Positions 39,143 to 49,604 of a stretch of 64,000 nt of DNA are shown piece by piece. Position numbers and translations under genes: made by a program. Every line of letters begins with the position of its first letter. Positions within the stretch are counted from its first letter, which is position 1. Location: NCBI GenBank assembly GCA_964353165.1, contig CAYGUY010000012.1:453-64452 (forward strand), given 5' to 3'. Source of the stretch: an uncultured Maribacter sp. Lineage in GTDB: Bacteria > Bacteroidota > Bacteroidia > Flavobacteriales > Flavobacteriaceae. Under the pieces are notes generated by a model. That model made no database searches, had not been told where the DNA came from, and saw nothing but the letters and a program-made list of their open reading frames with translations.

Positions 39143-42100
39143 ATGAAAGAGATACTGTTGTTTGAGTTAAAATATAGGTTACGCAGGCCTGCTACCTATA
39201 TCTATATTTTTCTAATGTTTTTGATGCCGTTGTTATTAGCGGTTTTTGATAAGTCGGTTACAGCACAGTTTACCAACAGTCCAAATGCCATTGTTGGCGT
39301 ATTAGGTGGCATGAGCATTTTATCCCTGTTCTTTTATGCTGCGGTCATGGGTGTTCCGGTATTCCGAGATCAAGAACATGGCACTGCACAAACCTATTTT
39401 ACCTTTCCGGTCTCCGAAAAGAATTATATCCTTGGTCGGTTTTGGGGAAGTTTTACCTTAGTTACTATCATGAACCTAGGTGCTGTTTTGGGTGCTATTA
39501 TTGGGTATCAGTTCGGTGGATTTTTAGATAGGCCCGACTACGGAACTTATACCGATTTTAATTTTTGGTCCTATTTTCTGCCATTTGTATACTTGCTCAC
39601 TTTTAATGCATTCTTTATCGGAAGTCTGTTTTTTGGTTTGATGACTTTTTTTAAGCGCATGCCTATCCTATACTTGGGCGGTATTGTTATTTTAATAGCT
39701 ACGATTGTTTCTGGTCAGCTGGTATCCAAATTGGATACCGAATGGCTGAGTATTTACGTAGACCCTTTTGGTGAAAGTGCACATGGATACTTAACAAAGT
39801 ATTCCAGTATCAACGAATTGAACACTATTCAATTATCGCTTACAGGAAAGTTCTTGATCAATAGAATATTGTGGTTAGGTATTGGCGTGGCAATCTTCTT
39901 TTTTACCCTGTTTAAGTTCTCGTATAAAGGGTTTTTAGCATCTAAAAAGAAAAAGACCAATAAGGAGGACAACGAAGTGTTTAAAGCGAGCGGGTTAACC
40001 AACATTGTACAGTCCTTTTCAAAAAGGGCACAGCGCGAGAACCTTTGGTCCTTAAGTAAGATAGAGTTTCTATCCATAGTAAAGGAATCGGTATTCTTGG
40101 TCTTGATCGTAATTGGCATTTTAATTGCCGGTTTTGTAGCCTATCAATCCAATCAAATTTATGGGACACCTTCACTGCCATTGACCCGGTATATGGTGGT
40201 GCAGATTGCTGGCGGTATTTCACTGTTTTCTGTTATTATCCTTATCATTTATGCGGGTGAGGCCGTACATAGAACGCGTAAAAACAAGACCTTTGAATTC
40301 TATGATGCTCTACCGGTAAGCAATAGTACGTTATACCTTTCCAAGATACTTGCCCTTACAGGAGTGGCGGCGGTACTAACCTTACTAGGAATACTAGTAG
40401 GTATATTATACCAAACGTTTAACGGCTATTTTAACTATGAGTTGGGTATGTATTTTACCTATAACTTCGCTAAAATATTCCCTGGGTACATTACCACACT
40501 ATTACTAGCTTTCTTTATACATGTGCTGGTCAATAATAAGTTTTTAGGTCATTTTATTGTGGTAGCTATTTATATTGGTCTCCCGTTATTGATAAACCTG
40601 GCATTCAAATCCAGTAATCCCCTAATTGTTTTCGGCGGAGTACCCGGTAGTTTTTTAAGTGATTTAAACGGATTTGGTCATTACCTGTACGGGGAGTTTT
40701 GGTTAAATCTTTATTGGATTCTGTTCACTTGTATTCTGGCCGCAATAGGTAAAATATTTTGGAACAGGGGATTCTTTTTTTCTGCCAAGGAGCGTTTGAA
40801 ATTGGCCGGACAACGATTAAATGGAAAAACCATAGCATACACCTTGTTTTTCATTTTTGCCTTTGTATCTGTTGGAGCCTATAGCTTTTATAATTTGAAG
40901 GTGCTGAATCAATTAGAAGACGGGGATTTTAGTGAAAAGTTAAATGCGGATTCCGAAAAGGCCTATGGAAAGTATATTGATAAACCGCACATACAGGTAA
41001 TCGACCTAAAAGCGAATATTGATATCTATCCCGATGAGCGAAAAGTGGATGCTCAAGGTATTTTTAAGGTAGTAAACCCCGCAGAGGTACCTATCGATAC
41101 CTTACTAATGGAAATCAAGTTTCCTATATCCGATACTAAAATCTCCAAGGTAGTCTATAACGGAACCGAAATCCACCCCTTTTTAAGCGACAGTTTATAC
41201 CGTTTGTTTATTTATAAGTTGCCCAAAGCCTTACAACCCAAAGACACGGCAAATTTGGTCATAGAAACGAAGGTGCGTACCCATGGATTCGCTATGGATA
41301 CGGAAACGGCCGTTCTAGGAAATGGCAGCTTTTTTAGGGATGCCATATTTCCATCTTTTCATTACGATAGGGCGTTGTCGGATAATGGAGTTCGTAAAAA
41401 ATATGGTTTAGAGGAATTGGATTTCTTATTTCCGCCTCGTACCGATACTATGGCGCTTAAGAAAAATCTGTTCAACGAGGATGCCAACTATATGAACTTT
41501 GAGGCAACGGTTAGTACGGTAAAAGGTCAAGTAGCCATTGCTCCGGGAGTTTTGACCAAAAAATGGGAAAAAGGCGATCGTAGTTATTTCAATTATAGAT
41601 TGGAGGAGAAGTCCGATTATTTTTTCAATTTTGTCTCTGCGGCGTATGATATAGAAACAGATGAGTGGATTGCACCTAGTGGCAAGAAAGTGAAGATTGA
41701 AATTTATCATTCACCAAAACATAAGGAAAACCTATCGTATTTCATAAAAGGGATAAAGATATCCTTAGATTATAATTCTAAAAATTATTTAGAATATCCG
41801 TATTCCGTTATTCGTGTTATTGAGTTCCCTGCACATTCCAATTTTGCACAATCCTTTGCCACTACTATTCCTTATTCGGAAGATTTTGGCTTTGTGGCCG
41901 ATTTCACCAAAGCGGATGATTTCAACTATGCGTTTAGGGTGACGTCGCACGAAGTAGCACATCAATGGTGGGGACATATTGTAACACCGAGCAAGACTTC
42001 CGGAGCGAATATTATTTCCGAAACTTTGGCAGAATACGTATCGTTAATGACCATGAAGCAAGAATATGGCGAGAATGGCATCAAGTCCTTTTTAAAGGAG

Positions 42101-42745
42101 TCTTTGGATAGTTACCTCTCCAGCAGGCAATTTAGTTTTAAACCCGAGCGCTCCCTAATGGATGTTGAAACCGGTCAGTATATTTGGTATGAGAAGGGTT
42201 CCATGGTTATGTATGACTTACAGGATGTAATGGGCGAAGACGTTGTAAATAAAGGGCTTAGGAATTTCATGGAGGAATTTAAGTATTTTGAAAAGGGCCG
42301 TTACGCCAGTTCGGAAGATTTGTACAACGCACTCTATGCCGTGACACCGGATTCATTGAAGTACAAAGTTGATGACGGATTTAAGGAAATTGTGCTTTAT
42401 GAGAATAGGGTGATGGACGCCAAGACCAAGGAACTTGACAATGGGAAGTGGGAAACCACGTTTACGGTAAATTCTAAGAAGATATATTACGATGATACCG
42501 GAAAAGAAAAGCTGGTAGACGAAAAAAAGAACTTGGTAGACGTAGGGCTTTTTGGAGAAGATGAAACAAATGCAGATGGTGTTACGGTCAAGAACCCATT
42601 TTACTTTGAATTAAAGTGGTTAGCTCCAGGGGATAATACGTTTACGATTACAACAGATGAAAAGCCCTTAAAAGCAGGAATAGACCCCTACAATAAGCTA
42701 ATAGATCGTAATTCTGATGATAACTTAAAGTCGGTGGAGGAGTAA
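39143..42745 (+). CDS. ABC-2-type permease fused to an M1-family aminopeptidase domain
   Basis: N-terminal ~600 aa with two multi-TM blocks; C-terminal HEVAHQWWG (HExxH) plus downstream SETLAEY Glu and YEKG Tyr. Confidence 0.88.
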   Translation: MKEILLFELKYRLRRPATYIYIFLMFLMPLLLAVFDKSVTAQFTNSPNAIVGVLGGMSILSLFFYAAVMGVPVFRDQEHGTAQTYFTFPVSEKNYILGRFWGSFTLVTIMNLGAVLGAIIGYQFGGFLDRPDYGTYTDFNFWSYFLPFVYLLTFNAFFIGSLFFGLMTFFKRMPILYLGGIVILIATIVSGQLVSKLDTEWLSIYVDPFGESAHGYLTKYSSINELNTIQLSLTGKFLINRILWLGIGVAIFFFTLFKFSYKGFLASKKKKTNKEDNEVFKASGLTNIVQSFSKRAQRENLWSLSKIEFLSIVKESVFLVLIVIGILIAGFVAYQSNQIYGTPSLPLTRYMVVQIAGGISLFSVIILIIYAGEAVHRTRKNKTFEFYDALPVSNSTLYLSKILALTGVAAVLTLLGILVGILYQTFNGYFNYELGMYFTYNFAKIFPGYITTLLLAFFIHVLVNNKFLGHFIVVAIYIGLPLLINLAFKSSNPLIVFGGVPGSFLSDLNGFGHYLYGEFWLNLYWILFTCILAAIGKIFWNRGFFFSAKERLKLAGQRLNGKTIAYTLFFIFAFVSVGAYSFYNLKVLNQLEDGDFSEKLNADSEKAYGKYIDKPHIQVIDLKANIDIYPDERKVDAQGIFKVVNPAEVPIDTLLMEIKFPISDTKISKVVYNGTEIHPFLSDSLYRLFIYKLPKALQPKDTANLVIETKVRTHGFAMDTETAVLGNGSFFRDAIFPSFHYDRALSDNGVRKKYGLEELDFLFPPRTDTMALKKNLFNEDANYMNFEATVSTVKGQVAIAPGVLTKKWEKGDRSYFNYRLEEKSDYFFNFVSAAYDIETDEWIAPSGKKVKIEIYHSPKHKENLSYFIKGIKISLDYNSKNYLEYPYSVIRVIEFPAHSNFAQSFATTIPYSEDFGFVADFTKADDFNYAFRVTSHEVAHQWWGHIVTPSKTSGANIISETLAEYVSLMTMKQEYGENGIKSFLKESLDSYLSSRQFSFKPERSLMDVETGQYIWYEKGSMVMYDLQDVMGEDVVNKGLRNFMEEFKYFEKGRYASSEDLYNALYAVTPDSLKYKVDDGFKEIVLYENRVMDAKTKELDNGKWETTFTVNSKKIYYDDTGKEKLVDEKKNLVDVGLFGEDETNADGVTVKNPFYFELKWLAPGDNTFTITTDEKPLKAGIDPYNKLIDRNSDDNLKSVEE

Positions 42746-42794
42746 GAATTCATGTTTTTTTTAAAAAATAACAAAAAGTGTTGTTGGTTATAGT

Positions 42795-42855
42795 GTCACA
42801 CTGAGCGCAGTCGAAGTGCTTTACTTTATTACAAAATATTCGACTGCGGTCAGAC
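42795..42855. repeat. REP-like inverted doublet, family 2
   Basis: CTGAGCGCAGTCGAA (42801-42815) and TTCGACTGCGGTCAG (42839-42853), inverted with one mismatch; related to 9911-9931. Confidence 0.7.
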
Positions 42856-43196
42856 TTACATAGGACTTATGATTTGTTATTATCATCGTTATATCTAAGC
42901 TCACTTAAATTATTGCACCTGTAGAAAATCATGGATAATTGCTGGCAAATCAGAGTGCGTTTAAAAGAGAATTGGATTTCTGTAATTACTATGTGTTACC
43001 AAAACAGTTCGCAAAGAGAAAGGAAAATGCTCTAGCTTTTAAAATATTGAAACAAACATGTAGATAGGTCTAAATTCTTTTTCACTCCTAATTTGGATGG
43101 CTGAAAACACGTACAAAAAGTACGATTTACCATATGCGCTATCAGTTTGAGGAAGTTTCGGAGAAGAGGGATACTTGGAAATGGCGAAGTATCTTT

Positions 43197-43688
43197 CTAT
43201 TCATAGAACTTCTCTAATTCTATACCTGTCATAGGCCCAACATGACGTTTTATTTCAATTCCATTCTTTATGAGCAAAAACTGAGGTACTCCTCTAATGT
43301 TATATTTTTTTGTAAGGCCACTAATTGTGTCAATATTTATTTTCCCAATAACTACACGATTTTTTGATAGTGCAAAGTTTTCAAGAATATCTGACATCAA
43401 TAAACATGGGCCGCACCAATGAGCTGTAAAATTTAATATTAGGGTATCGTTAGCCGATACTATTTTATTTATGTTATTGGAGCTTATATTTATAATTTCT
43501 TGCCGTTTATTTGGACTTATTTTTTTTAACGCATATCTAAGTGGCCAACTAAAACTTGCAACCAACGTAGACGAAATGAAAACGATTAGTGCAACTAAGT
43601 ATACAAGGATAGTTTTTAAAGATTTTTTCTTTACATAATTTTGCTCTGCTTGGTTTTGAAATTGAACTAGTTTTTTTCTTAAAGTCAT
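43197..43688 (-). CDS. Thioredoxin with N-terminal membrane anchor
   Basis: WCGPC active site, cis-Pro VP motif, hydrophobic segment at aa 27-46; very AT-rich. Confidence 0.82.
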   Translation of the reverse strand: MTLRKKLVQFQNQAEQNYVKKKSLKTILVYLVALIVFISSTLVASFSWPLRYALKKISPNKRQEIINISSNNINKIVSANDTLILNFTAHWCGPCLLMSDILENFALSKNRVVIGKINIDTISGLTKKYNIRGVPQFLLIKNGIEIKRHVGPMTGIELEKFYE

Positions 43689-43721
43689 ACAGCTAAAATT
43701 TGCTCTGATTATAAAAATAAA

Positions 43722-44510
43722 TTAAACCTCGATTTCCCCAACCAGGTAACAAACCGCCTTTCCAGATATTTTTACCCTCTCCCCTAGGTATTCACAGCGT
43801 AAATCGCCACCACGTTCGGAAAGCTGTTTTGCTATCATTTTTGTTTTTCCTAATTGCGCGGACCAATAGGGTGCAAGTGTTGTATGTGCAGATCCGGTTA
43901 CCGGATCTTCGGGAATACCGCATTGGGGTGCAAAAAAGCGAGAGACAAAATCAACATCGTTTCCTTTTGCAGTTACAATCACACCGCGGCAATTCAGTTG
44001 GTCTAGCAGATGAAAATTGGGGTTTATGCCTTCAATTTCTTCTTGAGTTTCGTAGACTAGCATATAATCGGTCTTTCCTTTAACAGTATGAATAGGGTTT
44101 AAGCCAATAGCTTTGTTAAGCGCTCTAATTGTCTCAACAACAATAGTTTCATCTGTTGGAAAATCCATGGTCATGCTCCCGTCAGCATTTTTGACAACGA
44201 GGAGTTCCCCGCTTCTAGGCGAAATAAACCGAATAGTATTTTGTTTATGATCATAATAGTTGAAGAGCGTAAATGCAGTAGCCAAAGTTGCATGTCCGCA
44301 AAGATCTACTTCCAATTCCGGTGTAAACCAGCGCAATTCGTAGGAGTCTTCTTTTGGAACTGCAAAGGCCGTTTCTGCAAGATTGTTTTCCGCCGCTATG
44401 CTTTGCATTAATTTATCCGATAGCCATGCTTTTAAGATACATACCGCTGCAGGATTTCCACCAAAAAGGGTATCTGTAAACGTATCTATTTGGTATATTT
44501 TCTGTTTCAT
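43722..44510 (-). CDS. PhzF family (phenazine biosynthesis-like) isomerase
   Basis: FGGNPAAV, NLAETAF, EVDLCGHATLA, EDPVTGSAH. Confidence 0.92.
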   Translation of the reverse strand: MKQKIYQIDTFTDTLFGGNPAAVCILKAWLSDKLMQSIAAENNLAETAFAVPKEDSYELRWFTPELEVDLCGHATLATAFTLFNYYDHKQNTIRFISPRSGELLVVKNADGSMTMDFPTDETIVVETIRALNKAIGLNPIHTVKGKTDYMLVYETQEEIEGINPNFHLLDQLNCRGVIVTAKGNDVDFVSRFFAPQCGIPEDPVTGSAHTTLAPYWSAQLGKTKMIAKQLSERGGDLRCEYLGERVKISGKAVCYLVGEIEV

Positions 44511-44527
44511 CTATAATTGGTTTTCCA

Positions 44528-44676
44528 CTATTCTTTTTCCTTGGATTTATCGAGAATTGCTTTTAAACGTTCTTTACGCAGCGCTGCTTCTTTTTTGAGC
44601 TTATTTTTTTTCGGTCCCTAAGCTTGGTGTGTTTTGCTTTGTTGACCGTATTTTTTGCTTTTCCCTTTTTTGCCAT
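44528..44676 (-). pseudogene. Small basic protein with an apparent -1 frameshift in an A8 run
   Basis: MAKKGKAKNTVNKAKHTKLRDRKK; adding one A at 44604-44611 gives NKLKKEAALRKERLKAILDKSKEKE* (49 aa). Confidence 0.55.
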
Positions 44677-44688
44677 GGCTACACTAGT

Positions 44689-45594
44689 TTATAGCCAAGC
44701 TTTAGGCTGTTTTAATACGTTTAAAAGTCGCTCTTCTTCGCTTCCTGCAACTGGTTGATGGTCATAATGCCACTGCACATGTGGCGGCAAACTCATTAAA
44801 ATACTTTCTATCCTACCGTTCGTCTTCAAACCGAATAAGGTACCCTTATCATGCACTAGATTGAACTCCACATAACGTCCTCGCCTAATTTCCTGCCAGT
44901 TGCGTTGTGCCTTGCTATACGGTAGATTCTTTCTTTTTTCTAAGATAGGCACATAGCTGTTCAGGAAACTATTTCCTACTTCGGTAACAAAATTATACCA
45001 GTCGGTCATATTCATTTCCTCAGTGACTTTACAGTAGTCAAAAAAGAGTCCGCCTATGCCTCTAGCTTCATCTCTATGGGCGTTCCAGAAATATTCGTCG
45101 CATCGTGCCTTATACGTTTTGTAAAAGTCCGGATGGTGTTTGTCACAAGCTTCCTTGCATACGGTATGGAAATGTAACGCATCTTCATCGAACAAATAGT
45201 AAGGTGTAAGATCTTGTCCTCCACCAAACCATTGGTCTACAATATTACCTTTCTTGTCGTACATTTCAAAATAGCGCCAATTCGCATGTACAGTTGGCAC
45301 CATGGGATTCTTTGGATGCAGCACTAAACTTAATCCGCAGGCAAAAAAATCGGCATCGTCAACACCAAAATAGACTTGCATGCTTTTAGGCAGTTTTCCG
45401 TGAACTCCGGAGATATTTACACCACCTTTTTCGAATACATTTCCGTTTTCTATCACCCGTGTTCTTCCGCCACCGCCTTCTGGTCGGTTCCAAATATCCT
45501 CTTTAAAGATTGCCTTACCATCTACTTCTTCCAGTTTTGAGGTAATGGTATCCTGTAGTTGTTGTATATAAGTAAAAAATGTGTCCTTCATCAT
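44689..45594 (-). CDS. hemF: Oxygen-dependent coproporphyrinogen III oxidase
   Basis: GGGRTRV, FEKGGVN, PTVHANWRYF, RGIGGLFFD, RRGRYVEFNL. Confidence 0.97.
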   Translation of the reverse strand: MMKDTFFTYIQQLQDTITSKLEEVDGKAIFKEDIWNRPEGGGGRTRVIENGNVFEKGGVNISGVHGKLPKSMQVYFGVDDADFFACGLSLVLHPKNPMVPTVHANWRYFEMYDKKGNIVDQWFGGGQDLTPYYLFDEDALHFHTVCKEACDKHHPDFYKTYKARCDEYFWNAHRDEARGIGGLFFDYCKVTEEMNMTDWYNFVTEVGNSFLNSYVPILEKRKNLPYSKAQRNWQEIRRGRYVEFNLVHDKGTLFGLKTNGRIESILMSLPPHVQWHYDHQPVAGSEEERLLNVLKQPKAWL

Positions 45595-45658
45595 GCTGAC
45601 TTTGAGTACTTCACAAAATTAAGCTTTTAAATAGAGTTGGCTAGGTTTCGCATCTAGC

Positions 45659-45690
45659 AAAAAAAAGCAGTATCCTGTTGGATACTGCTT
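45659..45690 (-). terminator. Intrinsic terminator after the M16 protease gene
   Basis: AAGCAGTATCC-tgtt-GGATACTGCTT with an A tract on the left (U tract on the minus strand). Confidence 0.8.
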
Positions 45691-45713
45691 GGATTTCGAT
45701 ATGATATGGACTG

Positions 45714-48425
45714 TTATTTAAAATCTCCTGCGTTAACCACAGACCATTGGTTAAAAGGTCGTATATATTGTTTAATGGCTGCATTTACTTCCGCCACAGT
45801 AAGTTTAGCCACTTTTGCTTCTAACTCTTTTTGAAAGCTCATGTCTCTTTCGTAAAAGATGTTATTGTTAATAAGGCTAGAAAGTTCGTTGTCCTTTGCT
45901 CTAGAAACGTTCTGTCCTTGTGTCCAGCCATTTACGGCGTTCTCTAGCTCCTCCTGTGTGATTCCATCGCTGATAAATCTTGCGATTTCCTCCTTAAAGC
46001 CCAGTTGTACTTTATCAAAGTTTGTAGGGGCATAAATAGCGTAGAGAAACAGCTGTGAGTTTTGGTCAACTGAATCACTATCTGATTGGAACCCAGCTCC
46101 CGCGCCATAGCTTACGCCGTCATTTTGTCTAAGTCTAACCGTAATCCTGGAGTTTAATACTCCGCCTCCCAATATAGTCGAAGCTATATTTAACGCTGGG
46201 TAGTCTTTGTGGTCTTCACTTATTTTTACATCCATAAAGCCCAAGGTCATTGCATTTTGTTTGTCTGGAGTAATCACATTTTCGTTAATGGCTTTAACCG
46301 CTTTATGTGGGTCGCTAATCTTGGTATATGGCTGTTTGCTTTTAAAATCGGCAAATTCGGTTTCAATGAACTTAGATACTTTTTCCGTATCCATATTGCC
46401 AATACTCACCAATATAGATTTACCTAACCCGTAAAATTCTTTGTAAAAGGTTTTTAGGTCTTCCACGGTCAAATTCTTAATTGCATCTTCCTGTTCGGCT
46501 ATACTCATAGTATACAAAGGATGACCTTTTGGGTAGGAATTATTAATTTCTCCAAGACGTTGCGATGCCAAGAACTGAGGCTCCGTTTTGTTGCTTTCTA
46601 GATATGCCAATTCCTCGGTTTTTAGCTTTTCTAACTCTGCAGCATCAAAAGAAGGATTTTTAAGTATTTCGGCCATAAGTTCAAGTGCAGGCATCAAATA
46701 TTCTTCTGTTGATGAAATATTAGCATAAATATTGCCATTGGCACCTCTAAACCCTATAGATGTCTTAATTCTACTCAATTCATCTTCTATTTGTTGGCGG
46801 GTTTTGGTGGTAGTGCCCTTGTTTAGCATTTGTGCTGTAAACCTGGGAATAACTCCTTTATTCATTAGGGAGTTTACGTCGCCGTTTCTTCCGCTAAAGC
46901 TTAGCGTAACGGTGTTGCCACGGTTGTTTTTTTCAATGTAACCATACTGTACACCATTGGCTAAGGTTCCTTTTTTAGTTCTGTTTTCAATAGCATCATA
47001 AGAAACATCAAACGCCTCTCCAGTGCTCATTGCCTCTCTACCTTTATAGTCTTTTACAAGCGCATAAATATCTTCTGTATGGGAAATAGAAACCCGAACT
47101 GGCTCTTTGGTAGGATAAAAACGACCTGTAGTTCTGTTGGTAGGAATCAGGTATTTGTTCATGACCGTATTTACTTGTTCCAAGGTCATAGCTTCAATAC
47201 GATCCCTATGAAGAAAGGATAGCCTCCAGTCACCGGCCGCTATAAATTCGCTCATATAGGTGCCTAGGTACCCCGAATTTCTATTGATTTGATCAATTCT
47301 TTTGAGTAGGTTCGATTTCGCACGGTCCAATTCTTCTTGGGTAATAGGATTATCCTTTAGATTGTCAAGGCTGTTTTTTAAAATATCTTGTACTTCGTCG
47401 GCATTTTTATCCGAAGGTACATCTACATTTATATAGAAAAAGCCAGGTTCTTTTAAAAAGGGAGCATAGGACCATAACGACGCTGCCTTTTGCGATTCTA
47501 CCAAGTCTTTGTATAAACGTCCAGAAGGTTCATTACTAAGTACGTCTTCAATTACCGATATGGCAGGGTAATCCAGACTAGAACCAGCAGGTGTATGGTA
47601 AAGCGTGCTGACTATTTGTAAATCGCCTACGCGACTAACGGTCACTGTTTTTTCACCATCTTGGGCGGGTTCTTCTGTATGTGAGTCCCGTAATGGTATT
47701 GTTGGTTTTGGTATTGCACCAAACTTTTTTCCAATCAATGCAAGGGCCGGTTCTTCTTCAAATTTTCCGGTAACCATCAGCACCGCATTGTCTGGACGGT
47801 AGAATTTTTTGTAAAATGCTTTTAGGTTTTCAATGGGTACCCGCTCAATATCCGATCGGTTTCCAATGGTAGAGTTGCCGTAGTTATGCCACAGGTAGGC
47901 ACTATTGATTACTTTTTCCATTAAGACACCGGTAGGATCGTTTTCTCCGCTTTCAAATTCGTTTCTTACCACTGAGAACTCCGATTCTAAGTCTTTTTTG
48001 GCAATGTAGGAATTGATCATACGATCTGCCTCTAAATCCAGGGCCCATTCCAGATTATCTTCCGTAGCATTAAAGGTTTCGTAGTAATTGGTGCGGTCAT
48101 AATAGGTAGTACCATTGGGTCTGGCACCACGCGAGCTCAGTTCTTTTGGAATATCAGGGTGGTTAGGAGTACCCTTAAAAACCATATGTTCCAATAGGTG
48201 TGCCATACCTTTTTCACCGTAGCCTTCATGACGAGAGCCTACTAAATAGGTGATGTTAACGGTAATGGTCTGGGCAGAATTGTCGGGGAACAATAATACT
48301 TTTAGACCGTTGTCCATTTGGTATTCCGTGATACCTTCAACGGAGGCAACTTTTGTCATTTGGGCAGAAGCAATTCCCATGCAAGCGATAAAGAGCAGGC
48401 TTGTCAAATAGTGTCTTGTTTTCAT
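45714..48425 (-). CDS. M16 family zinc protease (PqqL-like)
   Basis: Signal peptide; GSRHE, inverted zinc motif HLLEH, NGTTYYDRTNY, VVRNE. Confidence 0.93.
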   Translation of the reverse strand: MKTRHYLTSLLFIACMGIASAQMTKVASVEGITEYQMDNGLKVLLFPDNSAQTITVNITYLVGSRHEGYGEKGMAHLLEHMVFKGTPNHPDIPKELSSRGARPNGTTYYDRTNYYETFNATEDNLEWALDLEADRMINSYIAKKDLESEFSVVRNEFESGENDPTGVLMEKVINSAYLWHNYGNSTIGNRSDIERVPIENLKAFYKKFYRPDNAVLMVTGKFEEEPALALIGKKFGAIPKPTIPLRDSHTEEPAQDGEKTVTVSRVGDLQIVSTLYHTPAGSSLDYPAISVIEDVLSNEPSGRLYKDLVESQKAASLWSYAPFLKEPGFFYINVDVPSDKNADEVQDILKNSLDNLKDNPITQEELDRAKSNLLKRIDQINRNSGYLGTYMSEFIAAGDWRLSFLHRDRIEAMTLEQVNTVMNKYLIPTNRTTGRFYPTKEPVRVSISHTEDIYALVKDYKGREAMSTGEAFDVSYDAIENRTKKGTLANGVQYGYIEKNNRGNTVTLSFSGRNGDVNSLMNKGVIPRFTAQMLNKGTTTKTRQQIEDELSRIKTSIGFRGANGNIYANISSTEEYLMPALELMAEILKNPSFDAAELEKLKTEELAYLESNKTEPQFLASQRLGEINNSYPKGHPLYTMSIAEQEDAIKNLTVEDLKTFYKEFYGLGKSILVSIGNMDTEKVSKFIETEFADFKSKQPYTKISDPHKAVKAINENVITPDKQNAMTLGFMDVKISEDHKDYPALNIASTILGGGVLNSRITVRLRQNDGVSYGAGAGFQSDSDSVDQNSQLFLYAIYAPTNFDKVQLGFKEEIARFISDGITQEELENAVNGWTQGQNVSRAKDNELSSLINNNIFYERDMSFQKELEAKVAKLTVAEVNAAIKQYIRPFNQWSVVNAGDFK

Positions 48426-48496
48426 AATGATATTTTAGTGTGCCTCAATATATAAAATAATGGTTATAAGATTATCTTAAAATTTTAAGATAGGGT

Positions 48497-49003
48497 CTAT
48501 GTAGTGACTTTTGTAGGAGGGTAGAGGTAGACTAGATTACCCGAAGCCGAAGAAATAGCCTCTAGCGTTTTAACCTGTATGGCATTCCGAGTCTTGATCA
48601 TTAAGCCTTGGATAACGGCTTCTACGTTGCTGGCAGTATTTTGAAGATATACAGTTCTTCCTACATCGTTATTGTGAAAGTCCATTAATCGGGGTAGTTT
48701 TTTATTAACAAAGGCGTTCTCATGCCAGTCGGTAATCGCTTTGGTCCATCTAAGAAGTTTCGATTTATCAGTGCTCCATTTGGCACAATAATAAGCAATT
48801 AGATAATTCCATAATGCGTGCCTAAAAGCATTTGCTGGCGTATTTCTAAAGTGTTCCCTGCCAAAGTGCAGTGTTGAAACCCGCATACACTCCTTCGTGG
48901 CAAGAAAAGTGGGATATAGAAAGTGTGGGTATTGAATACTCAACACTAGGAGCTTCCGACTGCTTTTGATATTTATACGTTTTAGGGTATTCCAAATCTT
49001 CAT
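48497..49003 (-). CDS. DUF6973-like hypothetical protein
   Basis: ANAFRHALWN, TDWHE and MDFHNNDVGR motifs. Confidence 0.7.
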   Translation of the reverse strand: MKIWNTLKRINIKSSRKLLVLSIQYPHFLYPTFLATKECMRVSTLHFGREHFRNTPANAFRHALWNYLIAYYCAKWSTDKSKLLRWTKAITDWHENAFVNKKLPRLMDFHNNDVGRTVYLQNTASNVEAVIQGLMIKTRNAIQVKTLEAISSASGNLVYLYPPTKVTT

Positions 49004-49569
49004 TGTGCTGAACGGTATTTTTCATAAAGCTCCATGGCTACGATGCTACCGTCGAATCTCGTGTGCGCATTGGGCAGAGTCGATTTCCATGTAAAACCAA
49101 GTTTCTCGGCAATTCGCGAACTACCCTTGTTGTCTTTGTGAGCAATGATTTGCAGCGTATCCAATCCTATAAGCTCAAAGGCCCAAGGAATAATTTGATT
49201 TAAAAAAAGAGTTGTCAGCCCCTTGCCCTCGTATTCGTAACCAATACAATAGGCCAGTTCCCCTTGTCCTTGTTTCTTTTGTAGTTCTTTCAAGTAGATA
49301 AGGCCGATAATGGTTCTGTGTTCTTCTTCCTTTATGCTAAACAAATATTCTTCTCCAGTGTTGAATTCCCTTGTTTTTTCCTGAACAAATAGGGTTGATA
49401 AGGTAGGGTTGAGGTTTTGTTTTAGCGTTCCCGGGAAATCGTTCTTAAATCGTTCGCTATTGGCCACCATAAAATCACAAAGGCGCCAGGCATCTTTCTC
49501 TTGGATGGGCGCAATTTCGAAACCGTTTAGGTGGAAGTTCATTTGTGTTGTTTGATGCCGTTTAGACAT
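49000..49569 (-). CDS. GNAT (RimJ/RimL-like) acetyltransferase
   Basis: GELAYCIG, GKGLTT, NKGSSRIAEKLGF. Confidence 0.88.
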   Translation of the reverse strand: MSKRHQTTQMNFHLNGFEIAPIQEKDAWRLCDFMVANSERFKNDFPGTLKQNLNPTLSTLFVQEKTREFNTGEEYLFSIKEEEHRTIIGLIYLKELQKKQGQGELAYCIGYEYEGKGLTTLFLNQIIPWAFELIGLDTLQIIAHKDNKGSSRIAEKLGFTWKSTLPNAHTRFDGSIVAMELYEKYRSAQ

Positions 49570-49604
49570 ATCTATTGGAAATCGCGTTAATGTAAAGATG
49601 AGCT

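Noticed and set aside
42860-43190. Possible IS remnant
   Set aside because: No terminal inverted repeats and no convincing transposase motif.
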